Assembly: GCA_951406725.2 (NCBI GenBank)
Contig: OX597821.1
Span: forward strand, 101,370,001-101,434,000
Origin: Octopus vulgaris
Lineage: Eukaryota
Length of the DNA: 64,000 nucleotides
Reading direction: 5' to 3'
Positions 38,920 through 51,716 of the stretch are shown here, in pieces. The notes under the pieces were generated by a model that worked only from the letters and a program-made list of their open reading frames with translations, made no database searches and had not been told where the DNA came from. The number at the start of each line of letters is the position of its first letter. Within the stretch, counting starts at the first letter, position 1. The translations under genes and the position numbers were made by a program.

Positions 38920-40206
38920 GTGAGTTTTATAAGTAAAGCTAATCTTTTCTGATTAGCTAGGTCATAAAAATATCACATGTTTTTCATATTCTTGTAAGCA
39001 CTCATTGTTTTTAAGACATCTCGTGTAATAAATAGGGCAATCGTATAAATATAGATCTCCAGTCTATGATGAAAATGTAGGTAAAACCATTTGATATTGT
39101 CAAACATTGTTATTATGAAGACATTTCATACACACAACACGGTGGAATTTGATATAGTTTATTAGCTCTTTATGAAAAACACTGGCAAACAATTGCCAAT
39201 ATTGTCAAGTAAAAGAAAGCACATTTTTTTGTGCATTAGATACAGTCTATTAAATGAAATTGAAATCTGAGATGTTCAAGTGATAAGCAAAAGTACTCAG
39301 ATATGTGTTATGATTATGGAAAGCCTATTCCCTTTCATGTGACAATATCAAATTGTTTACATACTTTTTGCAGTCTTAAATGTTAAAGTATATTAGCACA
39401 ATGGCTTGTATGCAACCATCTGATATAATATTACCTGTGTTTATTAAATGAGTTGCTAGGCAGTTACCTGCTATGTCAGTAAGTGAAAATTGTGAACAAT
39501 ACAAATCAGTTTTGTGCAGTGGGGCCTTATGTGAAGAACATTATTTATTATTTCTTTTTTAATAGACTTCTACCACTGATATAGAGAAAACAAAATAGGT
39601 AATTTAAGAATTTGGTAAAATCTTCTGATAAAATCTTTTATAAATTTTAAGGTGCTAACATAACTTTGAAGAAACACATCCCATATAAAAACAATAAAAT
39701 ACTTCGTGTCAAAACTAAGGTTTCAATTCATTCAGAAAATATCTTAATAATAGCATACTTTTTCCACTATCTTATCAGTGTTTTTCATTAAACTGTGTGT
39801 TGCTTTTGTTATTGTTTTATTATTATTATTAATTTATTATTGTATTAGTAAATATCTTAGTCACTCAGGCAGAATTCATGCTAGGCTGCTTCAATGAGTG
39901 GAGTAAATTTGAAGAAATACAAATCAAAGCAGTTGAAATGTCAAAAAAGAAATAAGACTCATCAGAATTTTAGGAAGAAAAACAAGTAGTGAGATTTCTA
40001 CCTTTTCTTAAGACATTACCGACTACAGTAAAAGTGAAAGTAGAAAGCTCCTCCAGGATGATATTATTTTTTCAATAGAATTAAAAATAAATATGAAAAT
40101 ATTTCAACCTCTACTTCTCTTTAATTTTTATTTACTTTTTTTTAATATTAAGCATGTGATTGCAGTATTGATTTTAGCTTTGACTCTCTAAATGTTTTTT
40201 TTACAG

Positions 40207-40251
40207 GTCTTGAAACCCCTTGATGTTAAGACAAAATTTTATAATGCTGAA
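40207..40251 (+). CDS. TRAPPC13: TRAPPC13 internal coding exon (VLKPLDVKTKFYNAE)
   Basis: Acceptor ttttttttacAG, donor GAA|GTAAGT; 45 nt, phase 0-0. Peptide matches the conserved VLKPLDVKTKFYNAE. Confidence 0.97.
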
Positions 40252-42299
40252 GTAAGTGTTTTCTTCTGTATCATCTGTTACCTTTTATGGCATCTCTCAT
40301 GTGAAATAAATTCAGGGAATGTTTTCTAATATCTCCTTTGGAATCTTAACAGATTTGTAATGTTTTATTTTCCCATTCAGTTCTGTCACTTACTAAATAT
40401 ATCCAAATAACTTTGGTGAATCTTCTTATCTGCTTCTTCACATCAATGTGAATTGAGTGAGAGAGTCACTAGTGAACACTGAAGTCACTGGCTTTGGTGA
40501 GGGATTGAGATATTTGACCTCAACTGAAGAGATATAGTTGAAGAGAAGCTGGTAGTTTAAGGAGTTAGGAGAGCAATAAAAAGAACAGATGTATTTTGGG
40601 GATTGTGGGAGAGAGGCTTTGGGTCAGAGTGACTAGAAGCTATTGTTGATATCCAGTTGAATGGCAGGGAAAATGGAATCTATGTAAGCACAGCCACCAT
40701 CCTTTAGGATTAAGTAATAATAGAAAGTGTTGTCAGGACAGCAGTGATGGAGTTGACAGATCTGTGCCTAGGAGAGTAATAGGATGTGAGTTTGCATGTG
40801 ACAAAGAAATAAATGAGATTTGAGTTGGAACAAAATCCATGGAATAACTAGAGGAGGAAAAATTGTCCAGAGGGTTTCCCTTTTTTTTTCTAGAATAAGG
40901 CTGGATCTCCAGTAAAGGAAACCAAGGGTTAGATGGTGATATCAAACCAGGTGGAATGATGTGCCTCCTACTCAGAAAAAAAAAAGAGAGAACTTTTTAT
41001 GCCATGCATGATAGAACTACATTATATTAGAAGAGCAACAGCGGGGTTCAAAGGATTGATATGTTTTTGTTATAGTAGTAGTAGATGTGAACATTAGATA
41101 TGTCATCCCTAATGATGAACTTAATAGTCTGAAAACTTATAATTGTATAAACATAGGAAATATGTTGACATTTATTAACTACTCAGTACAGAAAATAGTA
41201 CAACAAAAATAACATCATTTCATATAGAGAACAGTTCTTCACTCTTTAGAGATAAAGAACTTCATCACTGAACATACTTTACAAAGTATAGATACATCTA
41301 ACTATAGACTACTTCTATAACATTGTTCAAACTCCTTGATAACTAGACAGTATCTAAAGAAATGCAAACTCTAACCAACAATTTTTACATATCATCTCTT
41401 CTGTTACTACAATAGCTTTTGCTTTCCACACTTTGCTAATTTCATTCTTCCCTACCAAAACAAAAAATATTTTCACTATCATTTTTGAAATCTCTGCCTC
41501 TAATTTTATTTATCTTTCTCTCTTATATCTCACATGTATGCAAGATATCTACATGGGTTTTTTTTTAATCTGTCTTGTTTTAATATTCAGTAAAGAGTGC
41601 TCTGCTAATCTATTGAAATATTATGTTTGAATATCTACAGATATTGCAAGGATAAGTGTCTGTAGTCTTTAATGATTAGCATTTGTGGCTGCATTCAATT
41701 ACACATTTATCAACAGCTATGAATGCTATTTCCATTCAATAATTTGCAGTAAGGTTATCACCATACAGAACATCAAATGCTTTGAGGCAGCCATATGTGT
41801 TTCAGGATTTAATCAAATATGTTGCATCTTATTTGCTGTATACATTTTTCATAAATTTCCTGAAAGAGATAAAATAAATTTAGAATCATTCATACAAGAA
41901 AATGATATGATTGAGATAAATGAATCCCTGGGCTCTTAAATACAGTGAAATTATATATATAATTTATTCTGTTTCATTGTAATTTAGTATTAAAAATACA
42001 ATTTCTTCATCATCACCAACACCACCACTTCCCACTATTACCTTCCACATCCAAAATAATGACCCATTGACAGATAAGCAACCTTCATTTACCAATCTAC
42101 CCTAACCACTACTCCACTGACATCTAGTACTTTTCCTATGTCTCTTTACAATTACTACTCCTACAATCTCATCTGCTTCTTGAAACATCCCATGTTTCCT
42201 TTGACACTTTGATATACCTATCTTTTTCTTTTAATTATTCCCTCCCTATTCTCTTGTGGGTTTGTTTTGTTTTTTTGTTCTGAGTCATGGTATGGAATA

Positions 42300-42790
42300 C
42301 AGAGCCCTTCACCATTTCTTTTTGAATAACCTCTGAGACTTGTAGCAGGGAAACAGAGGAAGAAATTAATACACCATCACCTTCTACTTGTCCCCAAAAC
42401 GAAAATAATTAATAAACCCTTTGGACAATTTCCCTCCTCTTCGCCAATTATCCATGGATAATTAGTCAAATGCAAATCATATATCCTATTCCTCTCCAAG
42501 ATACAAATTTCCCAATCTCTGTCTTCAATCTATCTTTGCTGTCCAGACAACAGTTCTAACTTCATTCCAAAAGCTAATTTCTGTGCTTGCATAGATTCCG
42601 TCCTCCCTGTCACTCACATCTCACCTGGATGTGTATAAGTTATTCTCAGACCAGAGACCTTGTCTAAATGCTTACGCCAGTGAACTCTATTAAAGGCATT
42701 CAAACCCCATAATACTAAATGCTTTTCCTAATCCTTCTTCACTAGAACCACAACCATATGGAATACACTCCCTGTTTATGTTTTACAGAG
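42300..42790 (+). mobile_element. Decayed LINE ORF2 3' fragment
   Basis: SFFTRTTTIWNTLP near 42732-42773, typical of the C-terminus of CR1/L2/Jockey-type ORF2. Confidence 0.55.
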
Positions 42791-43211
42791 CATACATATG
42801 CTCTTTGTCACTGCCTTTCTTCCTCAGGACAGAAAAAAAGCAATTTCTTTGAATGCTTTTGTGTGTGTGTGTGTGTCCGTCCGTCCGTCCGTCCATCCGT
42901 CCTTTTTTTTTTTTGTTATCCATTGCTCTCAGTTTTTTTCATCAAATGTACATCTTAGCCATTTATATTATTTTCTTTCCTGTTGTTGTTTTAGAAAATC
43001 TTGTTGCCCATAATCGCTATGTGGATAGATTTAATGAAACAGTATCTTCTGAGCATAATTGTAATTTACTATTTCTGTTCAATTGTCTGAAAAATCAATA
43101 CACCAATATCTTATTTGATTTGCCTCTTTATATATTCTAATTACTTACTTCAAACTATTAAAATTATTAACTGCATTAATCCCCCCACCTCTTTCTCTCT
43201 CTCGCTCTCTT

Positions 43212-43244
<33 letters not shown>

Positions 43245-43777
43245 CAAGCTATCTCAAGCATACTGTGAATTTATCTTGTTTCTCTGATTTTACATCTTTC
43301 TTCATTGATTTTACATTCTTTTTTTACCATGCTTATTTGAGTTGAAAACTCTTGAGGTATCTTACCAACTAGTGTGGCCCTTTGTCAGCTGAAATGCACA
43401 GGACAGAGAACATCACAATTTAAAGCTAGGCACTGCCTTTTCTGGTTGGATGCCCTTCTTTGCATTAGCTATTTTGCACTGTAGACTGGGAGAATTTTAT
43501 CATGTCACCAATATTAGAGAGAACTAAAGAATCCCCTACTGCTTCAGTTTTTATTCTTAGTTACTACCAACATAAGAATAATTATTGGCACTGCAATTTA
43601 CAGACTCCATGTCTACATCATTTGTTCTTTTTATGCAAAATTATAAAATTGCTATGAAACCTACTATATGGTAGTGCTTATATGGTAGTTAGTTTAAGAG
43701 AATACTTTAACTACTTAATGCTAATACAATTGAAATTATGATTAAAACTGATAATAATCTACTAGAAGATATAATGC

Positions 43778-43819
<42 letters not shown>

Positions 43820-44673
43820 CATTGATAAGAGAACAAACATTCAATTCAGGCCAACGACTTTATATAACTCCATGCTTCTATACATTTCATCATATACAAA
43901 TAATACCATGGCCTTCAACATATAAAAGAAATACAGATATAAGCACAGAAGGTAAAAAATATATGTGCACATATAAAAATACAAAATATATAGAAGGACC
44001 TGGCAAGAAAAATTATATACAAATCGACTAAAATAGGTTTTAAAAAATGAATTACTAAAACATATCAAGCAACTAAAAAATTTTTTACCCCACAATTAAA
44101 AATATATCAAAAATAGTTTGTTTTTAAAAATGAAGCAATCTATGGTAGGTCCAGTATTCAAGGAGCATAAGAGAGAGCCAAAAAAAAGGTTGGTCAAAAA
44201 GCACATCTATGGTCATTTTGGGAGTTCACTGCCATGTCCGATTACAATATATGTGTATGATGGGCATCTACTGAATCCACTCATAAAGCTTTGATTGTCC
44301 TGGGGCTATAGTAGAACAAAGGTACCATACAGTGTAACTGTACTTGAAACCATGTGGTTTGGGAGCAAAGTTTTTAATCACACATGCCTATGCCTATAGC
44401 CTGGTACTTATTTTATCAATCCACTAGTTTATAAGATGTAAGGGGACACAGCATAAATAACATCAACATTTCCTTTTTTGACCAGTGTTAAACATAAAAA
44501 CAGGTATGGATGGACACATACATAACTTTAAGCAGTTTCCATCTATCAAATCCACCTTATTCTTATTCCATATTCAATCTCACTCTTTTACACTATGGGC
44601 ATGTGGCTTCTACAATAGCCTCTAACTGTCTAACTAATATGAGAGTGGAATGATATATATGTAAACTATATAC

Positions 44674-45172
44674 AATTGATTCTTCAGTATTTGTTTTATA
44701 CTAATGGTGCTTTAATATTTATATATTTTATATTGCATTTTTTGTGAACAATAGTATCGTTGGTCAAGTTTATGAGGAGCAAATCACTGGTTCATGACAT
44801 TTTCTATAGCAAGAGTGACAAGGAAGTTATCTGAGCAACTTGTAAACCGTATGGAATCCTACTGTATATGTGAATGTGTGTGTGTGTGTGCATGAATATG
44901 TATATATTTAAACAATATATAGCAGCAAAGGGTGTGGACATTGGTGAGAAAACTGGTAATCTGTTGCTTTCACACAAAAAAAAATTTTGTGGTATTTATT
45001 CTGCACAGGTTGCTCAGATAACTTCTTTGTCACTCTTGCTATTGGAAATGTCATGAACCAATGATTGGCCCCTCATAAACTTGACCAACGATACTATTGT
45101 TCACAAAATGCAATATAAAATACATAAATATTAAAGCTCCATTAGTATAAAACAAACATTGATGAATCAATT
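44674..45172. repeat. Long inverted repeat (arms 44674-44843 and 45005-45172)
   Basis: Manual alignment gives about 12 substitutions plus a 2-nt indel over about 170 bp. Confidence 0.93.
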
Positions 45173-45183
45173 AATGTTCACAG

Positions 45184-45238
<55 letters not shown>

Positions 45239-47794
45239 GCTAATTGATTGTATTTATTTTCAAAAAGATAATCAAAAACAGATTGCCACCACACTGAAGC
45301 CTAATCTCAGAAGTAATGTTATGTCCAGGAGGGAAGTAGTAATAAATACTTAATGACAACCAGATGCAGTGGTGGTGGTTGTTATGTGTTGGATTCCTTT
45401 CCATTGGCCAACAGCCAAACCTGGTCACTAATTGACACTTTTTACATGTTTTTTTAATGCTTGGCTTTAGATGCACATTATTAATCTTGGTTTAAATGGA
45501 ATTTTTTTTCTTTCCCTTCTGTACTTACACAGAAAGAACAGTTTAATCTGATGTCCATGTGCTGAAGGTGGGGAAATAGTGTGCAATGAAGCATATAGTT
45601 TTAAGTGGTGAAAGAGAGAGCAAATTATAAAGATAAAGGTTATTAGTTTCTAAAAATAGATTTATGCTAAATGAGGATCAGAGAAAATTAAACTTAACTG
45701 AATTTGTTTTATTATGCATAACTGTCATGATACAATAAACACATTAGAAAGAGTAGAGGGGAATGGTTTCAAATGGGGTAAAACGGCCAGTAAAACATTG
45801 ATCTTTTAATTCTTGTCATGGTCTCATACTTTGGTCTAAAAATAACTTTTCATATTTAAACTACTGCTATTAAATAACGGAGTTGAATGTCTAAATATGT
45901 TTTTTAATTGGGAAAAAAAAAATGAGAGAAAGAAAGAAAATGGAAGGAAAAATATGGACTTTTTTTCATTTCCATTTTGAATTTTGAAATATTTTTAATT
46001 ATTGCAATGTTCATTATTATTAGTATTAACTTAATTGCAGTAAAGTTGTAGATGTAAACGGTGAGGAACTGGCCTATATTTCTTATTCAATCTTTCATTG
46101 ATATTGAAATCTAAAATTAAAATATTTGACATATTATAATTATAAAACCTTGAAAAGCCTTTCATTTCTTTTGGTTAGCCGTGCCCCTATCCAATTTGTT
46201 CAAAGTAATCAATTATATTGCAGTCAATCTTTCATTTCAAATTGTAGAAATCTCTTTCTTTTGTCTCATCATCATCATCATCATCAATTTATGTTTATTT
46301 CCCAAGCTAGCATAGGTTAGATGGGCCATCACAGTTCATGTCATTTCTTATAAGGGAGTCATTGCTCTCATAGATTAGTGGTCAAATGTACCATTTGGTT
46401 TAGTTTCTATGGCTGAATGCTTTTCCTATTACCAACAGCTTTACAAATTTCACTGGGTGTGTATTGTTGTGGCAACAGTCCTAGAGAGTTAAGTCCTTAA
46501 AAGGACTATCTAAAGGAGCTCACAAACCAATGCCATCTCTAATAAAGTGAGAGTACTATGACGGCAGAAAGGCCAGAATTGCTATGTAAAAGGAACAAGT
46601 GTGTAAGTGTATAGAGAATACTTAGTGACCTAAGTCATGTACTTTTACATTGGTGACTATAGGAGATAGGAGAGGGTGCAGTGGCAGCAGAAATGTTAAA
46701 ATGCAAAGCAAGCTAAAACAAGACCTGATGTAGAAAATAGAAATAGAAATCTGTCTTGCTATTTGCATTTACTCTGTGTCTTGAAACAAAGAGAATACGA
46801 GTAGGCAAAAATAATTAACAGTGTCAAGAGCATTAGCAGTGACTGAAGCACATCACATATAACAGTGACATCAAACACTAACTCACACATCAACAACAAG
46901 GACTCTTGTCAAACATTTTTGCTTTAAAAATCAATCATAAAGTATTGTGTAAAAGCAAAAAGAAAATTGCATTCTATCCAAAATTAACCTAGCTATAGCT
47001 TGAAGTCATTTTAAATTAAATAATAAACTTACAAATTACTAAGTCTGATAATACATCAATTACTTAAAATATAATTATAGAAAACCTATTAATACTACAA
47101 TTATCGCCTTTCTCCCCAAAAGCCAGGGTTGTCTAAATTTCAAAGAATTTCATCCGTCCCATACTTAAAATGTTCAGTTTGTCATCTTTTGTTTAATAAT
47201 CACCAAAATCAAGTCAGATGGCCAACTGGCTATAAATAGATCACATATAATAAATGCTGTGTTAATTTGAAAATAATTTTAGGAACTTTTCTCATTATGT
47301 AGTGATATTGGTTTAATATGAGGTTAAAAAAAGACCATCATTTATTGAATGGATTACACAGAGAAAAGGAAATGCTATCAGTGTCATTCATTTGTTGTGA
47401 ATTAGAAAAGAATTTCAAAGGAAGCAAATTTTTCATAAGAGACTGAATTTAATTAACATGGATTAATGTGTTTAACATAAAAACAATACTTAAAAACCAT
47501 AACACTTAAAGTTTTTTGTAAAAACTAGTTATCACAATTTATAGTAATTATAATTGCTTTGTGAAAAGAACAGACAGAATGCTAATGTTTATGTTATAAA
47601 GCTTTATCTTTGAATTTACATTTCATTGCTCGGTTGTTGCACATAACTTTTGCAATATGTGTTTGTAAACTAAAATCATCATGAACTAAAGAGTCTGATA
47701 TATGGCAGAGAAATATGTCATCAGAGGAGAGAGAATCTCTTTTCAGACAATTTTGGAGATCTTGTATATTCAGTTCTTAACTTAGACATCTTTT

Positions 47795-47942
<148 letters not shown>

Positions 47943-48409
47943 AGATAAAATTTATATATTTAATCCCTAACTGTGAGTCCCAGTACATAGATTAGCTGCT
48001 TGTAGACTTGTTAGGAACTACTTGTGAAGTTCCTAACAAACCTACAACTGTGATGTTACCACCAAGGATATGCTAACATTCAGATTTATGACTTTGAGTG
48101 ACTTGACCATATGTGTGTGTGTGTTTATACACACACATAGGTATGTGTGCCTGTGTCTATATTTGTATGTGTTTATTGCTGTCTGCTTATGACCTCTAAC
48201 TTAGTAGTGTGATAAATATATATATTGCTAAATTAAGTACCAGACTTTTTAAAAAGTAAGTACTGGATTTAGTATGAATAAGAAAAAAAGTAAAGATGTT
48301 CAAGGCAATATTCTGGCACTGTCTTGAATGGTTACTATTACTTGTTTCAACTTAATGAGTGAAACAAGTGAAAGATATATACGTATATGTGTTGGTGTGT
48401 ACACACATG

Positions 48410-49035
48410 TATCATCATCATTGTCATCATCATTTTAACACCCACTTTCCCATGGGTCAGACAGAATTTGCTGATGCAGTCTTTCTATGGCTGGATGCCC
48501 TTCCTGTCACCAAACTTTCACTGGCTTCCAAGTAAGGTAATATTTCTTCATGGCCAGACATGTTTTCATGGAAGATTGGAAGCAAAGGTCACAGCTTACA
48601 TGACAACTATCACATGATGTCAATTCAAGGAGAGAGTATTACACATGCCCATGCACACATACATTCATAGAAAGATAAGTAGATAGATAGATAGATGATT
48701 AGATAGATAGATAAATAGATATATCACATGATCACATGACCAACCAGGCTGTCAGATGTTGTTACACATCGTTGGTCACAATGCGTTTTTGCGTTATTTT
48801 AGCCTTCAAATAACACCACCCTGCTGGCTAGGTTAGCAGGCCAATATATACATATATATATATATATATATACCTGATGGGCTTCTTTCAGTTTCCATAT
48901 ACCAAATCTACTCACAAGGCTTTGGTCAGCTCATGGCTGTAGTAGAAAACACTTGCCCAGGGTGCCATGCAGTGTGACTGAACCCAAAACCATGTAGCTG
49001 AGAAGCAAACTTCTTACCACACAGCCATGCCTGCT
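48410..49035 (-). mobile_element. Family D SINE split by a family A tail fragment (48721-48845) and a (GATA)n tract
   Basis: C-type tail at 48410-48520, D body at 48520-48620, B-type head at 48875-49035, all in reverse. Confidence 0.7.
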
Positions 49036-49198
49036 TCTATTATATATGTACACACACACACACACACACACACACAACTGTGAGTGTGAAAATGATGAAC
49101 AGATTTTCTTTTAAACCTGTTATATTAGAGCCACAACTCTATTCAATTTTAATCTTTTTTTATTAAGATTTTTCATATTTCCTTATATATTTCCTTAT

Positions 49199-49560
49199 TC
49201 AGTCTCACTGCATGGCACCTTGGGCAAGCGTCTTCTACTATAGCCTTGGGCCAACCAAGGCCTTGTGAGTGGATTTGGTAGACGGAAACTGAAACAAGCC
49301 TATCGTATATATGTATATATATATATATGTATATGTGTGTATATGTCTGTGTGTCTGTGTTTGTTCCCCCCCCCCAATATCACTTGACAACTGATGGTGG
49401 TGTGTTTACGTCCCCGTAACTTAGCCATTCAGCAAAAGAGACTGATCGAATAAGTCCTAGGCTTCCAAAGAATAAGTCCTGGGGTCGATTTGCTCAACTA
49501 AAGGCAGTGCTCCAGCATGGCTGCAGTCGACTGAAACAAGTAAATGAATAAAGAGAGAGT
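49199..49560 (+). mobile_element. SINE family B, 5'-truncated
   Basis: Colinear with 7055-7437. Confidence 0.88.
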
Positions 49561-50498
49561 CCTTAATGTTTAGTTTAGAACAATAGCATTTCTAAATCTA
49601 TTAACCCATAAAAATTTCAAGACTTTGATCAGTCTCATCAGCAGAATGTTTGTGCTCTTTGTAGCAGGCTACAGAGAATCATGGGAACACTTATATCTAA
49701 TGAAAATCATCATTATCAGATTTAAAATCAGTAAACACACTTTTACTTAATATCTTCTCAACCATGAGTAATGGACTTCTTTCCCTCTCATGTCAAATAA
49801 GTCATCCAACCATACAAAATTTTCTCTTGAGAGGTTTTGTCTGACCCATGCAAGCATGGAAAAGTGGATGTTAAAATTATGATGATGATATATTTATATG
49901 GTGGTTGCTCCACCTTCACTGATGGTTGTTATCTCTTTATGCTTTCTCATTGCCAATGATATTTCTGGCCTTCTATCCATGGCCTCTCAGATGACTATTC
50001 AGTCCTGCTGTAGATATGTATTGTTTAAAGCATAAGTGACAGATGAAAGCTGTAACTTATTGTATGCTTCCAACTGATTAGGCCTGCACACATCACTACC
50101 TTTCTACTGACATTGGACTTTCAGTGGATGAAATGACAAATGAGGTCACCATAAAGAAACATCTGTACATCACTGGATTATAGCGACAAACACTTGCACG
50201 ACACGCATACCACTCTCTGAGTCTCTGTGGTTAGTATCTAGTGACAGGCTGAACCAAGATGACCAGTAGTCATGCGATTTTACATCAGAGTGTCCATCTC
50301 TTAGCTGTTATCACAGCTAGGGGTCCCTCACTCCCAGTGGTATAACTTTGCTTCCTATAACTAACCAAAGGTATATCTGCATCCCTGCACTCAGATGATT
50401 ATTATCACATATGCTAGTTAACTTGTAGTGGGAACCCTGACAGGTACTACTACTTCCAGTCAGCATAGACCTGGGAACAATAGTGGCTAAAAGACATT

Positions 50499-50532
<34 letters not shown>

Positions 50533-51409
50533 TGTGTGTACCCTCAACATAATTCTTGGGTGGAAACAGCATGACATAAAGTCTGACAAGGCTATACCTT
50601 TTAAATTAGAGTTACACTCTACTCAATGGTCTTCTATCCAGATTCTGTCTCTCCAATTTTATTTATAAAGTATGGGTCTACTCAACACTAGAAAAAGTGG
50701 CATCTGCTCAAAATGCCATGCAATTGGATTGAACCCAGGACCATATGACTGCAAAGTGAACTTCTTAACCATTTGATTACACATACATACACATACAAGT
50801 TAGATGAATTATACATTTTCTATATTTCAACTCTGCTTTTAACTTTTTACTCTGAGATGTATTACTTCGAAACTATTATTTAACAAGTTTTACTTTACGT
50901 ACACACACACACATATACCATCCTGATTATGAAGTAGTATTTTGTTAAATAAAAAAGATTATCATTTAGCTAAACAAAGAATACTTAAAACACACATGAT
51001 CAAACTCTAAGGAACATTTTTAGGTTTTTATTTTTTTAAGATATCCATCCAATTTGGTTATATTTGAAAATTTTTCAGTGAAGACATTAAGATGCTTTGA
51101 AGAGAATTGTGTGTTTCAGAGTCTGTTTTAGAACCCACACAGTTTTATAATTAGGACAGGGAGAGATCAATAACTTTCAGCAGCTGTTCTTATGTTTGAC
51201 TGGTGATTAACTCATATTTTGTCTTGCCAATTCAAATTGCTTCTTTCTTCAAGAGAAATCCCCATGTATTTTATTTAATTTCCAGAGTTACTATAGAAAA
51301 AATTTTTGAATGGTTGGTTCTTAATTTTATTGTTTTTGAATTACAGGTGAAATAACTAAGTTGTTAAGGGATTGGACTACCAGCTCATCATTTGTGATTT
51401 CATGTCAGG

Positions 51410-51716
51410 CATTAAATTGCCTCTAGTTTGTAGCACTCTTTATTCTGGTAATGTTACCTATAATGGATTAAGTGTTAAATTGCTTCTAGACTGTAATACA
51501 CTTTACTGTAGAGAAATTCCTACTTACAATAGATCACTTCTCTCTAGGTTGCAGTATATTTTATTCTAGAAAGGCTACCCACAATACATCAAGCATTAGA
51601 TTTCTTTTCAGTTGTTATACTCTTTCTTCTAGAATACAACCAATCAAGCATTTAATTGCCTCTAGCTGTAACACACTCACTTTATTCTGATGAGATTATC
51701 TACAATGGTCTAATGT
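51410..51716. repeat. Degenerate tandem array, about 5 units of 55-65 bp
   Basis: Recurring cattaaattgcctctag..gta..actctttattct...acctacaat..atcaag. Confidence 0.75.

Noticed and set aside
49605-49648. Hammerhead-like CUGAUGA-GACU...AGUC-UU-GAAA on the minus strand
   Set aside because: Extra bases before GAAA and no convincing stem I or III.
51410-51716. CRISPR-like array
   Set aside because: Eukaryotic intron; units are diverged along their whole length, with no constant repeat plus unique spacer pattern.
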